DNA from: a plasmid
DNA length: 64,000 nucleotides
Sequence record: NZ_CP023526.1
Direction: 5' to 3' (one strand)
This document shows positions 19,815 to 29,847 of the stretch, piece by piece (position 1 is the stretch's first letter; each line of letters begins with the position of its first letter). A program made the translations under genes and the position numbers. The notes under the pieces were generated by a model. The model did no database searches. It worked only from the letters and a program-made list of their open reading frames with translations, and was not told the DNA's origin.

Positions 19815-20459
19815 ACGACCCTCCCTGTAGAAATATCTTAACCTTAAAAAGGAGATTGAACCCCTGAATGATATGGTGCACAGGAATAAAACATAACAGC
19901 ATGTTATACAAACTCTATCCGTAAAACAAAGTCGAAGAAGTCCTTGCGTATTTCATTCCCACACAGCCGCAAGGAGGACTTAGTATTTACATACTCATCT
20001 GATATATAAACAGTAAACATCATGTGTGATATTCATCTCAATTGCTAAGTCAGCATGGAGGTCTCCTCAGTCCAGGCCTGCCAGGTATCATTTGTCCCTG
20101 CGGCTCACTGCGGCTGTGTTTGCCCCGGTGCAGGGATTTCTGCCATATCATAAAACACAGTACATGTACGGCGGTTTCATCAAGCTACGCAAATGTGTGT
20201 TCAATAAGGGATGAAGAGATACATCCGGCATAACGGCGATCTCACTGACACGCCGACAAGGCGAGCCTCAACCCGGCAGTATTTCCCGCCCACTGCACCT
20301 TCACGAGATACGCAGCTGTGGGAATTTTATCTTTGATGACAGACCCAGCCGGTCAGACCCTCGTCTGAAAATTCTGTTTCTTATCAAGAAGGGGGCCCGT
20401 ATACAGATCTTGCCTCTAACTGGGGGACGTCTCAGGGAAGCGCCTTGGTATCCAGAGAA

Positions 20460-21224
20460 TTACTTTAGCTGAAGGGCAAACAGCGCAGAATATCCACCGT
20501 CCATCACGATGTCACTCCCTGTCATGAAGTCATTCTGGAGTAGAAAATGTATTGCCGACCAGACATCCTCTACCGTTCCACACCGTCCCGTCAGATAGGC
20601 CTGGCTGTAGTCTGGCAGATGGCCAGCATATTTATTGCGGATCATTGGTGTATCAATTGTTGCGGGGGAAATGGAGTTAATCAGGATCCCTGGTGCAAAC
20701 TCGACGGCACAAACCTTTGTCAGATTGACAATCGCCGCTTTAGCACTGCTGTAGGCCGCCATCCCTTTAGCTCCTACAGAGGCCGTTGAGCTTGCAACAT
20801 TGACTATCTTGGACACAACACCATTACCCTGCATTTTTCTGGCTTCCAGTTTACAGGCATGAAAAGCAGGCATAAAAATTTGACGATAAGACTGAACCAT
20901 TTCAGTGGAAGCAAGATCTGAAAGGGGTTTTCTGACCCCAGTCACCCCCGCGCAGTTAACGGCGTAGTCCAGTGATTCTATACGGGCAAACGCTTGCTCG
21001 GCCTCTTCCCAGTTTGACAAGTCACATATTATTTGCGTTATCGACTTATCCAGCACATCGGAAAAAATTGTATCCATACCGATAACATTGAATCCCGCAT
21101 GATAAAACTGTACAGCGGCATAGCGACCAATGCCACTGGCATGTCCGGTCACGAGAACAGTACGTTTTATTTTTTCAGCCTCCGCCACTTGCATGTCACT
21201 GCCAACCTTTGTCCTTTGCTTCAT
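20460..21224 (-). CDS. SDR-family oxidoreductase (distinct from the triplicated SDR)
   Basis: TGHASGIGRY Rossmann motif, NCAG, YSSAKAA catalytic motif; start could be 21224 or 21194. Confidence 0.75.
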   Translation of the reverse strand: MKQRTKVGSDMQVAEAEKIKRTVLVTGHASGIGRYAAVQFYHAGFNVIGMDTIFSDVLDKSITQIICDLSNWEEAEQAFARIESLDYAVNCAGVTGVRKPLSDLASTEMVQSYRQIFMPAFHACKLEARKMQGNGVVSKIVNVASSTASVGAKGMAAYSSAKAAIVNLTKVCAVEFAPGILINSISPATIDTPMIRNKYAGHLPDYSQAYLTGRCGTVEDVWSAIHFLLQNDFMTGSDIVMDGGYSALFALQLK

Positions 21225-21232
21225 GCCCCATG

Positions 21233-21607
21233 CTATGGTTTAAACTCAAGGGCGACATGAACGAATACCTTTCTCACCGCCTCTGACGGTGCGGGTAACA
21301 CAGCCCCGCTCACATCGCCCATGGCAGCTCGACACAGTTCAAGGTTGCCATGTTCATACTTCACGGTTTTCTCCTCCATATTCAACCGTAGCGTGCAGGT
21401 CTTGCCCCGCCACTGGTCAATATCAAAGAAATTTTGTTCAATTGCCCGACTGAGTAAACCGGCATATTCATTCGGGTTATCACCGGTATATTTATCCCCA
21501 AAATGAATGGGCGCATCCGGAGGGGGGGTTGTTACTGTTCTATGCTGACAACCTGCAACCGACAAGCATCCTGATAATATCAAAGTCCTCAGTCCGAACC
21601 GTGTCAT
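21233..21607 (-). CDS. lipoprotein of unknown function
   Basis: Lipobox LILSGC; 124 aa; immediately upstream of the SDR in the same orientation. Confidence 0.55.
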   Translation of the reverse strand: MTRFGLRTLILSGCLSVAGCQHRTVTTPPPDAPIHFGDKYTGDNPNEYAGLLSRAIEQNFFDIDQWRGKTCTLRLNMEEKTVKYEHGNLELCRAAMGDVSGAVLPAPSEAVRKVFVHVALEFKP

Positions 21608-22174
21608 CGCTCAGCCTTTGTCACCACATTAAAGAGAATGCAGTTTTGCCTGTGATTCCCTTCTTAGTCAAATGCCGGTTCTTAAACCAGCTGATTTTTT
21701 CAGAGAATTCGGGCTTTATCGCCCAGACAGGTAATGAACGTTATTTTATTAAAGAATTCAGACACAACTCCCGGCGGATAACAGCACTTCAGTTGCCGAA
21801 TACAGAAAATAATTGACCGTTCAATACCGTATAAAAGCATCGAAAGCATTATTGATTACGGTTGAAGTACTACAGCTAAATCCACGATACAGTGTCCTGC
21901 CTGAGCACGCGGGGCAGTGATATACGTGATAAAATCTGAGGATTAGTATTAATTCTGTATGGCCCGGAACAGACCACGTCCTGCAGCACTCATTATGGTA
22001 AGCATCACCCGTCACCGCTTCACCGGCAACAGCAGGGTGAAGTCTGGATATTCACTATTCCTGTCGCTCGCCGGAACAGAGATAAGGCGCAATTTCAGGC
22101 AAGAGGGAGCTTAAGAGAGAAAGCTTCGCAATATGAGACACCGACCTAAGGCGCTCAAATTTTTTTCTTAAGTA

Positions 22175-22639
22175 TCAGTTCTTTAATTTATCCCACTTTA
22201 CAGCGACGACAATACTCCAGTTTCCCTCGGAGTTAGGCCTGCGCCATTTCGCCTTTTCCATAATACGCAGATATTCGAGTGCCTCGGAGAAAGAAAAAAA
22301 ACGCTTTTGCGCCGTTTTATCGCCCACGCCAAACGAGCCATCGCGAGAACTCGCCAGTCCGGGATGAAAGCAAGTGCCATCTGCTGCATAGGGAACCAGC
22401 AATTCAGGATCGTTCTCTTCCGTTGAATCCGTTATCAGTAGTTGCCACGGTTCGACGCGAAGCGCTTTTGCAAGCCGGTCTATCGCATCCAGAGAAACAT
22501 TCGCACCACCACGCTCAACTCTGCTCATGTAGCTACGCGCAAACCCACAGCTATCAGCAAATGCTTCCTGGCTCATTCCGGTACTGATGCGCAACGCTTT
22601 GACACGCTTGCCAAACAATGTGCTTAAGGACTTTTTCAT
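22175..22639 (-). CDS. XRE-family HTH transcriptional regulator
   Basis: HTH_XRE (ISTGMSQEAFADSCGFARSYMSRVERG) plus ~80-aa C-terminal domain; divergent from SDR copy A. Confidence 0.65.
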   Translation of the reverse strand: MKKSLSTLFGKRVKALRISTGMSQEAFADSCGFARSYMSRVERGGANVSLDAIDRLAKALRVEPWQLLITDSTEENDPELLVPYAADGTCFHPGLASSRDGSFGVGDKTAQKRFFSFSEALEYLRIMEKAKWRRPNSEGNWSIVVAVKWDKLKN

Positions 22640-22894
22640 GCCCTGAATGTGCAATTTTGAGCACCACAAGAGCCACGCTCTAATAGTGACATTTCGAATC
22701 AAAATTATTTGTTTTGTGATCGCGCGTAGATTAAATCTGATCTTTGTCCTGCTAACATCGGAAGAATCAAATTAAACCCTAAAAAAGACATTTTAAATCA
22801 AGCTGACCTCCATCCATCACCGGGTAAAACCGATACGTGAAACATCAAAGGAAAGTGATCAGCGCACGATTATTAGCCGCGTCGTCGGCACCTT

Positions 22895-23795
22895 ACGTTC
22901 TGCCCTGGGGCGGCACACCCGTCCCGCCTAATCCTCACCCTCACATCAGGAGATACCCTGTGAACACCCCCCTTTCTGTACCCCGTCACCCGCTTCAGGG
23001 CAAAGTCATCGCCATCACCGGGGCCGCCTCCGGGATCGGCCTCGCCTGTGCCTCCGCCTTTCTTGCCGCCGGGGCCCGTGTTGTCATGATTGACCGCGAC
23101 GTCGGAGCCCTCCTCCACCACGCAGATACCCTCGGAGAGCACGCCCTGCCCCTGCCGGCCGACATCACCGACCCTGACCAGGCCGACGGTCTCGCTGACC
23201 ACATCCTCTCCCTCGCCGGACGCCTCGATATCTTCCATGCCAACGCCGGCATGTACACCGGTGGCCCCTTCGTCGACACCGACCCCGACACCATCGCGAA
23301 GCTCCTCGACCTCAACGTCACCGCCACTTTTCGCTGTATCCGCGCTGTCCTCCCCGCCTTTATCGCCCGACGCGGCGGGGATATCCTCCTCACCAGCTCC
23401 GTCGCCGGGGTCGTCCCTGTGGCACACGAGCCCGTCTATACCGCCTCCAAGTTTGCCCTCCAGGGCTTCGTCCACAGCCTCCGCCGGCAGCTCTCTCCCC
23501 ACGGGGTCCGCGTCGGGGCCATCCTTCCCGGCCCGGTCAGCACCGCCCTGCTCACCGCCTGGCCCGAGGCAAAACGCCGTGAGGCCCTGGAGACCTGCGC
23601 CCTCCTGCAGCCCGCTGATGTCGCCGAAGCCGCGCTCTTTATGGTCACCCGGCCCCACGACGTCGTCATCCGGGATCTTGTGATCCTCCCGGCCGGGGTA
23701 GATCTCTGACGCCTTCCTGCCCGGATACTCAGACAGCTGCTCTCACGGAGACCTCAACGACGCCGGGAACCCGGCCCCGGCGCCTGAGGACAAGT
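22895..23795. repeat. SDR cassette copy A (truncated head and tail relative to B and C)
   Basis: Near-identical to 30155-31055 and 43947-44850 as read by eye; ~68% GC in an AT-rich island. Confidence 0.85.
22960..23709 (+). CDS. SDR-family oxidoreductase, high-GC, copy A
   Basis: GKVIAITGAASGIGLA, NAG, YTASKFA motifs; GTG start 8 nt after AGGAGA. A longer ATG-initiated form 22837.. is possible. Long ORFs on the opposite strand are GC artefacts. Confidence 0.8.
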   Translation: MNTPLSVPRHPLQGKVIAITGAASGIGLACASAFLAAGARVVMIDRDVGALLHHADTLGEHALPLPADITDPDQADGLADHILSLAGRLDIFHANAGMYTGGPFVDTDPDTIAKLLDLNVTATFRCIRAVLPAFIARRGGDILLTSSVAGVVPVAHEPVYTASKFALQGFVHSLRRQLSPHGVRVGAILPGPVSTALLTAWPEAKRREALETCALLQPADVAEAALFMVTRPHDVVIRDLVILPAGVDL

Positions 23796-23828
23796 CCAGT
23801 TACTCTGGCTATTTGCAATCTGAGGCTG

Positions 23829-24582
23829 CGGAGAACTCACATAGCAGTGTGCTTCCGGTAAGCTCGTATGTTCCATACTCATTTCAGGCGGTCACATCGG
23901 TGTCAGCGCCCACTGACGCACGGAGGCTTAGTGATGCAAAAATCACGGCACTCTTCATGTCGCCACTGAGTGGCAAGCCCATACCCTGCCGCGCTTCACT
24001 GAATGCTGAGGAGGCAAAATAATTCCCCGCACCCTACAGCGTCCGTCCCCGGCCGGGCACAGCCATCCCGGAAAGCCATCGATCATCATCAACCTGCACA
24101 TTCACCGGCAGTCCGGCGTCATAGCAGGCCTGGTACCACTCCCCTACCTGACAGGCATTCCCGCTCAGCCATGCCTGTCCGCTGTTTTCACTGAACAGCG
24201 CCAGACTGACAGTGCCGTCTGTCCGGATAACAAACGCGGCCCGGCTGGCGGCATAAGGCCGGCCCCTGATGTCCACTTCAATGTCTCGCATCCCTTTCCG
24301 CTCGGGACGAAAGGGCAATATCCGGCTGCCTGCCTTTCGCTGCAGGTCGCGCTCTGCCGCCGTCAGCGACGTCGCCAGGGCACGCCCGTCCCCGGTTAGC
24401 GCAATGAATACCCGTCGGCTGGAATTTCTCTGCGTGCGGATTAATCCGGCGGACTCCAACAGTTCACAGGAATAATAAATGCTACTATTTCTGAGTGACT
24501 TCTGAATATATCTTATCGGGGAAAGTCCCGAAAAATGACGTTCGACTGACAGAATAAAAATAAGAACTTTCTTTTGGAGATT
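23829..24582. repeat. repeat R copy 2
   Basis: See copy 1. Confidence 0.85.
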
Positions 24583-24606
24583 CGTTAACTGTTGCTTTTT
24601 TATCAT
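24034..24606 (-). CDS. hypothetical protein, R family copy 2
   Basis: 190 aa; identical to the copy-1 protein except the first ~14 residues (repeat boundary lies inside the gene). Confidence 0.6.
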   Translation of the reverse strand: MIKKQQLTNLQKKVLIFILSVERHFSGLSPIRYIQKSLRNSSIYYSCELLESAGLIRTQRNSSRRVFIALTGDGRALATSLTAAERDLQRKAGSRILPFRPERKGMRDIEVDIRGRPYAASRAAFVIRTDGTVSLALFSENSGQAWLSGNACQVGEWYQACYDAGLPVNVQVDDDRWLSGMAVPGRGRTL

Positions 24607-24819
24607 GCCTTTTTACTTTATCCTGACTGTGGTTTTCTGTTTATCGTTATCTGCCATATCCATGATGATACAAACTATCATTCTCGGCCAAAGCAGAAAC
24701 TATACCTGTTGACCATTATATGTAATATGCAGGAATGATAATAAAGATCCACATTATGTAGGGTTCATTTTGTGTAGAGTACGTTTTATGTAGGGTGTTT
24801 TTTATCCGGGAGTTTTATC

Positions 24820-25503
24820 ATGGCAATAGCTTCGTTACCCGAAAACTTAATCCAGATGTTTGAAAATGATCCCATTGTTGGATGGGCAGTAAAAGATAAA
24901 GAGTCTCATTTCGTTTACGTAAATAAGGCTTTTAAAATATGGCAAACAATTTCAACGCATTATGACTATGAAGGACTTAAAATTAATGACATTCCGGTTC
25001 CTGTGGCTGAGTTCTCAGATCTGTTTGAACAGCAGGAAAGATACATTGAAGACTCAGGAAAACCCGTACGGGCAATTACAACCCATATTCAGGGCAAAGA
25101 GAAAATCATGCAACCCGCATACAACATTCAGGAACCATTATTTGATGAAAAAAACATTTGTAATGGCACGCTTATAAGCGTAAGGCATGTCAACATCATC
25201 ACGCCGACATCACTCCTCGCAGGGAAAATAAAGCAACATGCAATTTTCCAGGCACCCTCAGTGATATTTACAGAAAAAGAATGGGAAATGGTCTATCTAC
25301 TACAGTGTGATTTCAGCCTTAAAGAAATTAGTAGCATCCTTGGTATTTCTGTTAACGCCATTAACGGAAGATTGAGAAGTTGCTTTAAAAAAATTGGGGC
25401 AAACTCATCATCATCTTTGATTGAGTTTTGCAAATGCAACGGGATGGATAATTACATCCCACAATTCTTTTTAAAAAAGGGGCATATTATCGTTACTGAC
25501 TGA
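24820..25503 (+). CDS. LuxR-type (GerE-like HTH) transcriptional regulator with N-terminal sensor-like domain
   Basis: C-terminal EKEWEMVYLLQCDFSLKEISSILGISVNAINGRLRS matches the LuxR/GerE HTH; ends ...DNYIPQFFLKKGHIIV. Confidence 0.65.
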   Translation: MAIASLPENLIQMFENDPIVGWAVKDKESHFVYVNKAFKIWQTISTHYDYEGLKINDIPVPVAEFSDLFEQQERYIEDSGKPVRAITTHIQGKEKIMQPAYNIQEPLFDEKNICNGTLISVRHVNIITPTSLLAGKIKQHAIFQAPSVIFTEKEWEMVYLLQCDFSLKEISSILGISVNAINGRLRSCFKKIGANSSSSLIEFCKCNGMDNYIPQFFLKKGHIIVTD

Positions 25504-25512
25504 GGGTTATCC

Positions 25513-26157
25513 ATGGATTTTTATTTTAAAAGATCGTTGTTTGGATGGGCCATAAAAGACAACGCATCGCGATATATTTATGTTAACGATTTAGCCTGTC
25601 AATATTTCAATATATCAGCAACCAGAATCATGGGCCGCATAGACACTGAACTAATCCCTGATATTGGAGAGCATTACAAATACATATTACGCGATGACAA
25701 TGAGATAATCAAAAACAAAAAAATGAGCATTGTGCTGAAAGTATTCAATTATGGAAATGAAGGCAAGTTGCGTGCCTATCTGGTAGAAAAAAGACCCTGG
25801 CCGTTACAGAATGGTTCAACAGGCATCATTTGTACCTACATTGAACTCACTAATGTCTATCTGTCCTCATTCTTCGATAATATCTATCGTAAACCCCTTA
25901 TCTTCACCAGACCATCCCCTCTTTTTACCGATCGCGAATGGGAGATAATACTCTTACTGTTATGCGGAGTTAAACGCAAAGGCATATCCGAAATTCTTGG
26001 TATTAGCTACATAACACTAAGAAACCGCATAATACTCTGCTGCGAAAAGTCCGGAGTGCTGAATTATACCCAGCTGCTCAAATATATCCGTACTCAGGGT
26101 TGGGATAACTATATTCCACCGTTTTTTTTAAAGCAGGGGCATATGATCCTTGTTTAA
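25513..26157 (+). CDS. LuxR-type regulator, tandem paralogue
   Basis: 9 bp after the previous gene; same architecture and C-terminal tail (DNYIPPFFLKQGHMILV). Confidence 0.65.
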   Translation: MDFYFKRSLFGWAIKDNASRYIYVNDLACQYFNISATRIMGRIDTELIPDIGEHYKYILRDDNEIIKNKKMSIVLKVFNYGNEGKLRAYLVEKRPWPLQNGSTGIICTYIELTNVYLSSFFDNIYRKPLIFTRPSPLFTDREWEIILLLLCGVKRKGISEILGISYITLRNRIILCCEKSGVLNYTQLLKYIRTQGWDNYIPPFFLKQGHMILV

Positions 26158-26657
26158 CCTAACTTTGCCTCTGTCGACCAAATGCCATGTGATCACCTGT
26201 CATACAGTGAACGCCTTTAATGCAAAAAATTTTGAATCTGGTATCCGCTATTTTTAGCGGTTCAGTTCAGGGCTGAGAATGACGCAAGTGCGCCGACCAG
26301 TTACGGGAGTATGGGTCGGGTCATACCGTTGGCCACAATCAGTGCCGTACTCAGTACAGGGGCAACGGCAGCCGTCAGGAGCAACGATCCGCAAGTAAAC
26401 AGGTCTGATGCTGTGGGCAGCCTGGCGCTCATGGCTTCCCTGCACATTTAGCGCCGGAGCCTACCCCACCCTCGCTGGTCCGAAGACCCCATACGTCATT
26501 CAAGACCACCGTCGGAAACTTCGCATGCAAAGTTCGTGCACGCCCGATATTCTGAAAAGTCGCGGCAATCTGCCGGCGGGACACAGAACCACATTCAGAA
26601 AAGACTCGCTGCATATTGTGAATAATTTTTCGTTTTTTCCCGGTTAAACATGCAGGA

Positions 26658-26918
26658 TTGTCGGGCCATACTCTGATATTTGAAGTGGTCGGAATGGAAT
26701 ACTGTCTTTCAGGTTTTAACGGCGAACGTCTGGATCCGGTCAAGAGGCATTATCATCCTGGGAACGGTTACCGGGGTTACAGTCCTGTACTGGGACGTTT
26801 TACCCGGCCAGATTTATATAACCCCTTTGGCAAGGGTGGTATTAACCCCTACGTTTACTGCACCGGGGATCCGATCAACCGGGATGACCCGTCAGACCAT
26901 TTCAGCCAGGGTAAGTGA
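26658..26918 (+). pseudogene. Rhs/YD-repeat core C-terminal fragment
   Basis: GYRGYSPVLGRFTRPD...NPYVYCTGDPINRDDPSD resembles the conserved Rhs core end (DPxGL region); only 86 aa, no upstream repeats. Confidence 0.5.
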
Positions 26919-27680
26919 CTGGGTTTAGGTATCGGGTTTATTGCAGCGAAAGCCTTCAGTCTCGCGACAGAGAGGAGCACCATGCTGGGTGATTCGGCCA
27001 TTGGGGCAGGCTCTGAGCTCACAGAGGATCGTGTCGACCAACAGCGTGTGAACTGGATCCAGATGAATCTTTCTGCAAGGCTAAACGCCACCACCACACT
27101 GGCCGGATTTGGTCTGGGGAGGTTTGGACCAGTAATCTCTTTGTTCGTTCCGCGTCAGGTCTGAGTCTGTTTACACTCTCCTTTAACACTGTCCGGATTT
27201 TTGACTGGAGTCAGAAAAATGGAAATCTTAAAAGTGCATGGAACTGAAAGGGGTGCGTTCACACATCCTAAGTCAAAAAAGTTGGTGAACTGAACGGAAT
27301 AGGTGTTGGCCTGCATCATGTACTTAAACGCACGTTGTGTAGCTTCATAGTTCACCTGTTCTGCGCGCTAAACGGGCGCCCAGTACAAGATAACTGGTCT
27401 GGTAGACTCAATATGCAAGCACGTCGTCTGTTAATAAGTGTCGGTTTTGTGCCATAGATATTCCCACCTCCACTTCTGCATTTTCAGAATTGGCCATCAC
27501 TTTTCTCGCGACGCCCCCCATTAGTCCCTCAGACGTTATTCTGCCATCAAGACCATCTCCTCAAGCAAGATCAATCGTTAGGCCGGCATCATCAAAAAAT
27601 CGTATGCAGATGTATTGTGTTTTTACTCTTTTCGCCATAAATTGAAAAAAGTAATACAAACTACTACAACGGGTTTGATC

Positions 27681-28826
27681 ATGCACTCACTGACAAAGAT
27701 TCTGAGCTCACTACTCACTGGCGGACAGGAACGAGCACTAAAAGTAATGGATGAAGAGGAGGATGGCCGCAAAGAAGTGACATCCATACGTCTAAAACCT
27801 CAGACGCGGGCGTACTTACAGGCGCAGAGTGAAGTGCTTGGAATTTCGGTTTCACAGTTTATAAACATCATTGTTGATGGAGTGGTAAATATCGAGACGT
27901 CACCACACCAGAGTCGAATAGATACTATTTATGACCGACTGATGTTGCTGTTCGAAATCAATGGAATTGGACCATTAGAAATGAGCCAGATACTGGCTGA
28001 GTATGGGCTAACGCTGTCAAAACTTAAATCACGTGATGCAACACTTGATCTTCTGACTCCGGAGTTACTTAAGAACGTCAGCAACTGGTTCGGTGTACAG
28101 CAATCCTGGCTTAGCGCAAAAAGCGAGGGCGTATTCCCCACGCGCGCTCTCCACTGGTATAAAAATACCGAGGGAATGGCAGCTTCAATTATTGAAAGAA
28201 ACATTGAGTATGGCGATCTTGATGTTTATATCATCAAGAATGCTGGCGTGAGCTTCGAGCAGGCCGAAAAATATGATGACTATGAGAACAATTTGGGTAT
28301 GGGGTTTGTACTCGAGTACCGCACTAAGATAGGCAGCGCCAGCATCTGTCGGTATGAGTTTTGCGAATTTCAGCGCTGGAACTACATTCGGTGTCGCAAT
28401 GACCTGAAGCTGATATTCAGGTTCCTTCACGAGCTTGAACAAAAACGTGCTGCCATCCGTGTTCACGGCTGTACGGTAAAAGAAGCAATATTTGAAAGGA
28501 TCTATAATGGTCGTATCCTTCCAGACCAGCTTAGAATTGCCCTGAACAACGCTGCGTGGTGGGATCCCCGTATCATAACAGAAGATGTTGCGGTCAATTA
28601 TAGTGAGATGAAATTCAGCAAGTTCGTGACGGCCTACTGCGAGCTCCCTATGAAAACAATAAGGCCGGTTTATAACCAGTATTCCAGCAACCCTGAGGCC
28701 TGGACCGTAACGTTATGGAAAGATGATTCCGGGGAACAGAAATACCATTCATTACGTGAAGCGCTGGAAGACAGTTTCAGGCGATATCACAGCACTGATT
28801 TTCCTTCACCAGATGGTGATTGTTAG
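27681..28826 (+). CDS. hypothetical protein; N-terminal ribbon-helix-helix-like segment, large unknown C-terminal domain
   Basis: ATG at 27681 (MHSLTKIL...). TSIRLKPQTRAYLQAQSEVLGISVSQFINIIV looks like an RHH/CopG-type DNA-binding unit; rest has no recognisable motifs; AT-rich. Confidence 0.5.
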   Translation: MHSLTKILSSLLTGGQERALKVMDEEEDGRKEVTSIRLKPQTRAYLQAQSEVLGISVSQFINIIVDGVVNIETSPHQSRIDTIYDRLMLLFEINGIGPLEMSQILAEYGLTLSKLKSRDATLDLLTPELLKNVSNWFGVQQSWLSAKSEGVFPTRALHWYKNTEGMAASIIERNIEYGDLDVYIIKNAGVSFEQAEKYDDYENNLGMGFVLEYRTKIGSASICRYEFCEFQRWNYIRCRNDLKLIFRFLHELEQKRAAIRVHGCTVKEAIFERIYNGRILPDQLRIALNNAAWWDPRIITEDVAVNYSEMKFSKFVTAYCELPMKTIRPVYNQYSSNPEAWTVTLWKDDSGEQKYHSLREALEDSFRRYHSTDFPSPDGDC

Positions 28827-29233
28827 CTGAAGATCAGTGAGCTTATAAGATTTTTTATAGCGTGGGTTCCGAAGCAACCAATACATTTCAAACTAACTCG
28901 TTTCTTATGTGTTTCACATTATCAGTAATGCTAGTAACTTACTGATATTTAAATCGGTAAGGCTAAAATAACTATCCTTATGAATCATTAAAAGCTTACC
29001 TTAACTAAACTCATAAATAGGCTCGTTGAGCCTATTTAACATTGATAAACCCCTCGAAAAAACAATACTTTTATATCTTTCTGCTATTTTTACAGGTTAA
29101 GGGATCTTTTTCATTCTGACCAGTACTCGTCGCCAACGCCTGCCTGTTTTGCACAGGGCTCGCCACATCGGCAGTACAGATATTTATAGATACCATGTTC
29201 AGCAATGGTGAGGCATCAGTCAGGCAACCGCCA

Positions 29234-29731
29234 CTAAGGTACGATGTCAATATCGAACTCACCCTGTAGCTTCTGACGCTGCTCGGTTGAGAGACGACTA
29301 ATTTTCAGTGCAATATTCATTATAGAAGGCGACAGATCCCGCAGAGATTCCACGGTGCTGTCTGCATACTGTGCGGATAACACTCTCATTGCCTGCATGA
29401 TGACCAGATGGCGCTGCGCTTCCGAAATATGTCGGAACAACATTGTCAGCAGAGCAATATCGTCTTCAACTCCTGCGGGTTCTGCCCACTCACCCTCCTC
29501 TCCCAGGAACCATGCCGCACTTACCCCAGTTGCTTTTGCAAGTTTCTTCAGTTGTAAAATGCTGGGGAATGACTCGTGCTTTAAATATCCCCTGATGGCC
29601 GCCTCAGATAACCCCGATTTACGCGCCAGAGAGCTCTTGGTATAGCCAGACATTTCCATGGCCACAGACAACCGTGATCCAAACATGTTCTCATCCGCAG
29701 GTTCAGTCAACTGACTGCCTTTTTTCACCAT
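29234..29731 (-). CDS. XRE/DicA-like HTH repressor (partner of SDR copy B)
   Basis: HTH_XRE plus helical C-terminal domain; homologous to 43045-43536 and DicA-like in architecture. Confidence 0.65.
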   Translation of the reverse strand: MVKKGSQLTEPADENMFGSRLSVAMEMSGYTKSSLARKSGLSEAAIRGYLKHESFPSILQLKKLAKATGVSAAWFLGEEGEWAEPAGVEDDIALLTMLFRHISEAQRHLVIMQAMRVLSAQYADSTVESLRDLSPSIMNIALKISRLSTEQRQKLQGEFDIDIVP

Positions 29732-29847
29732 CTCGTTCTACTCTTAACCGTTTGATTTAACAAGAATATCAATTCAAAAACTCATCAAATCGAAATATTT
29801 TTCGAAAATTAAATTTATTTCGCATTAAATATCGATATCATGTCAGT

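Noticed and set aside
22873-23658. Long minus-strand ORFs (261-281 aa, 132 aa) and alternative + frame ORFs (197 aa) inside all three SDR cassette copies (also 30074-30919, 43867-44712)
   Set aside because: They lie antisense or out of frame to a well-supported SDR gene in ~68% GC DNA, where stop codons are rare. Their translations are low-complexity G/D/P/A-rich with no motifs, so they are compositional artefacts.
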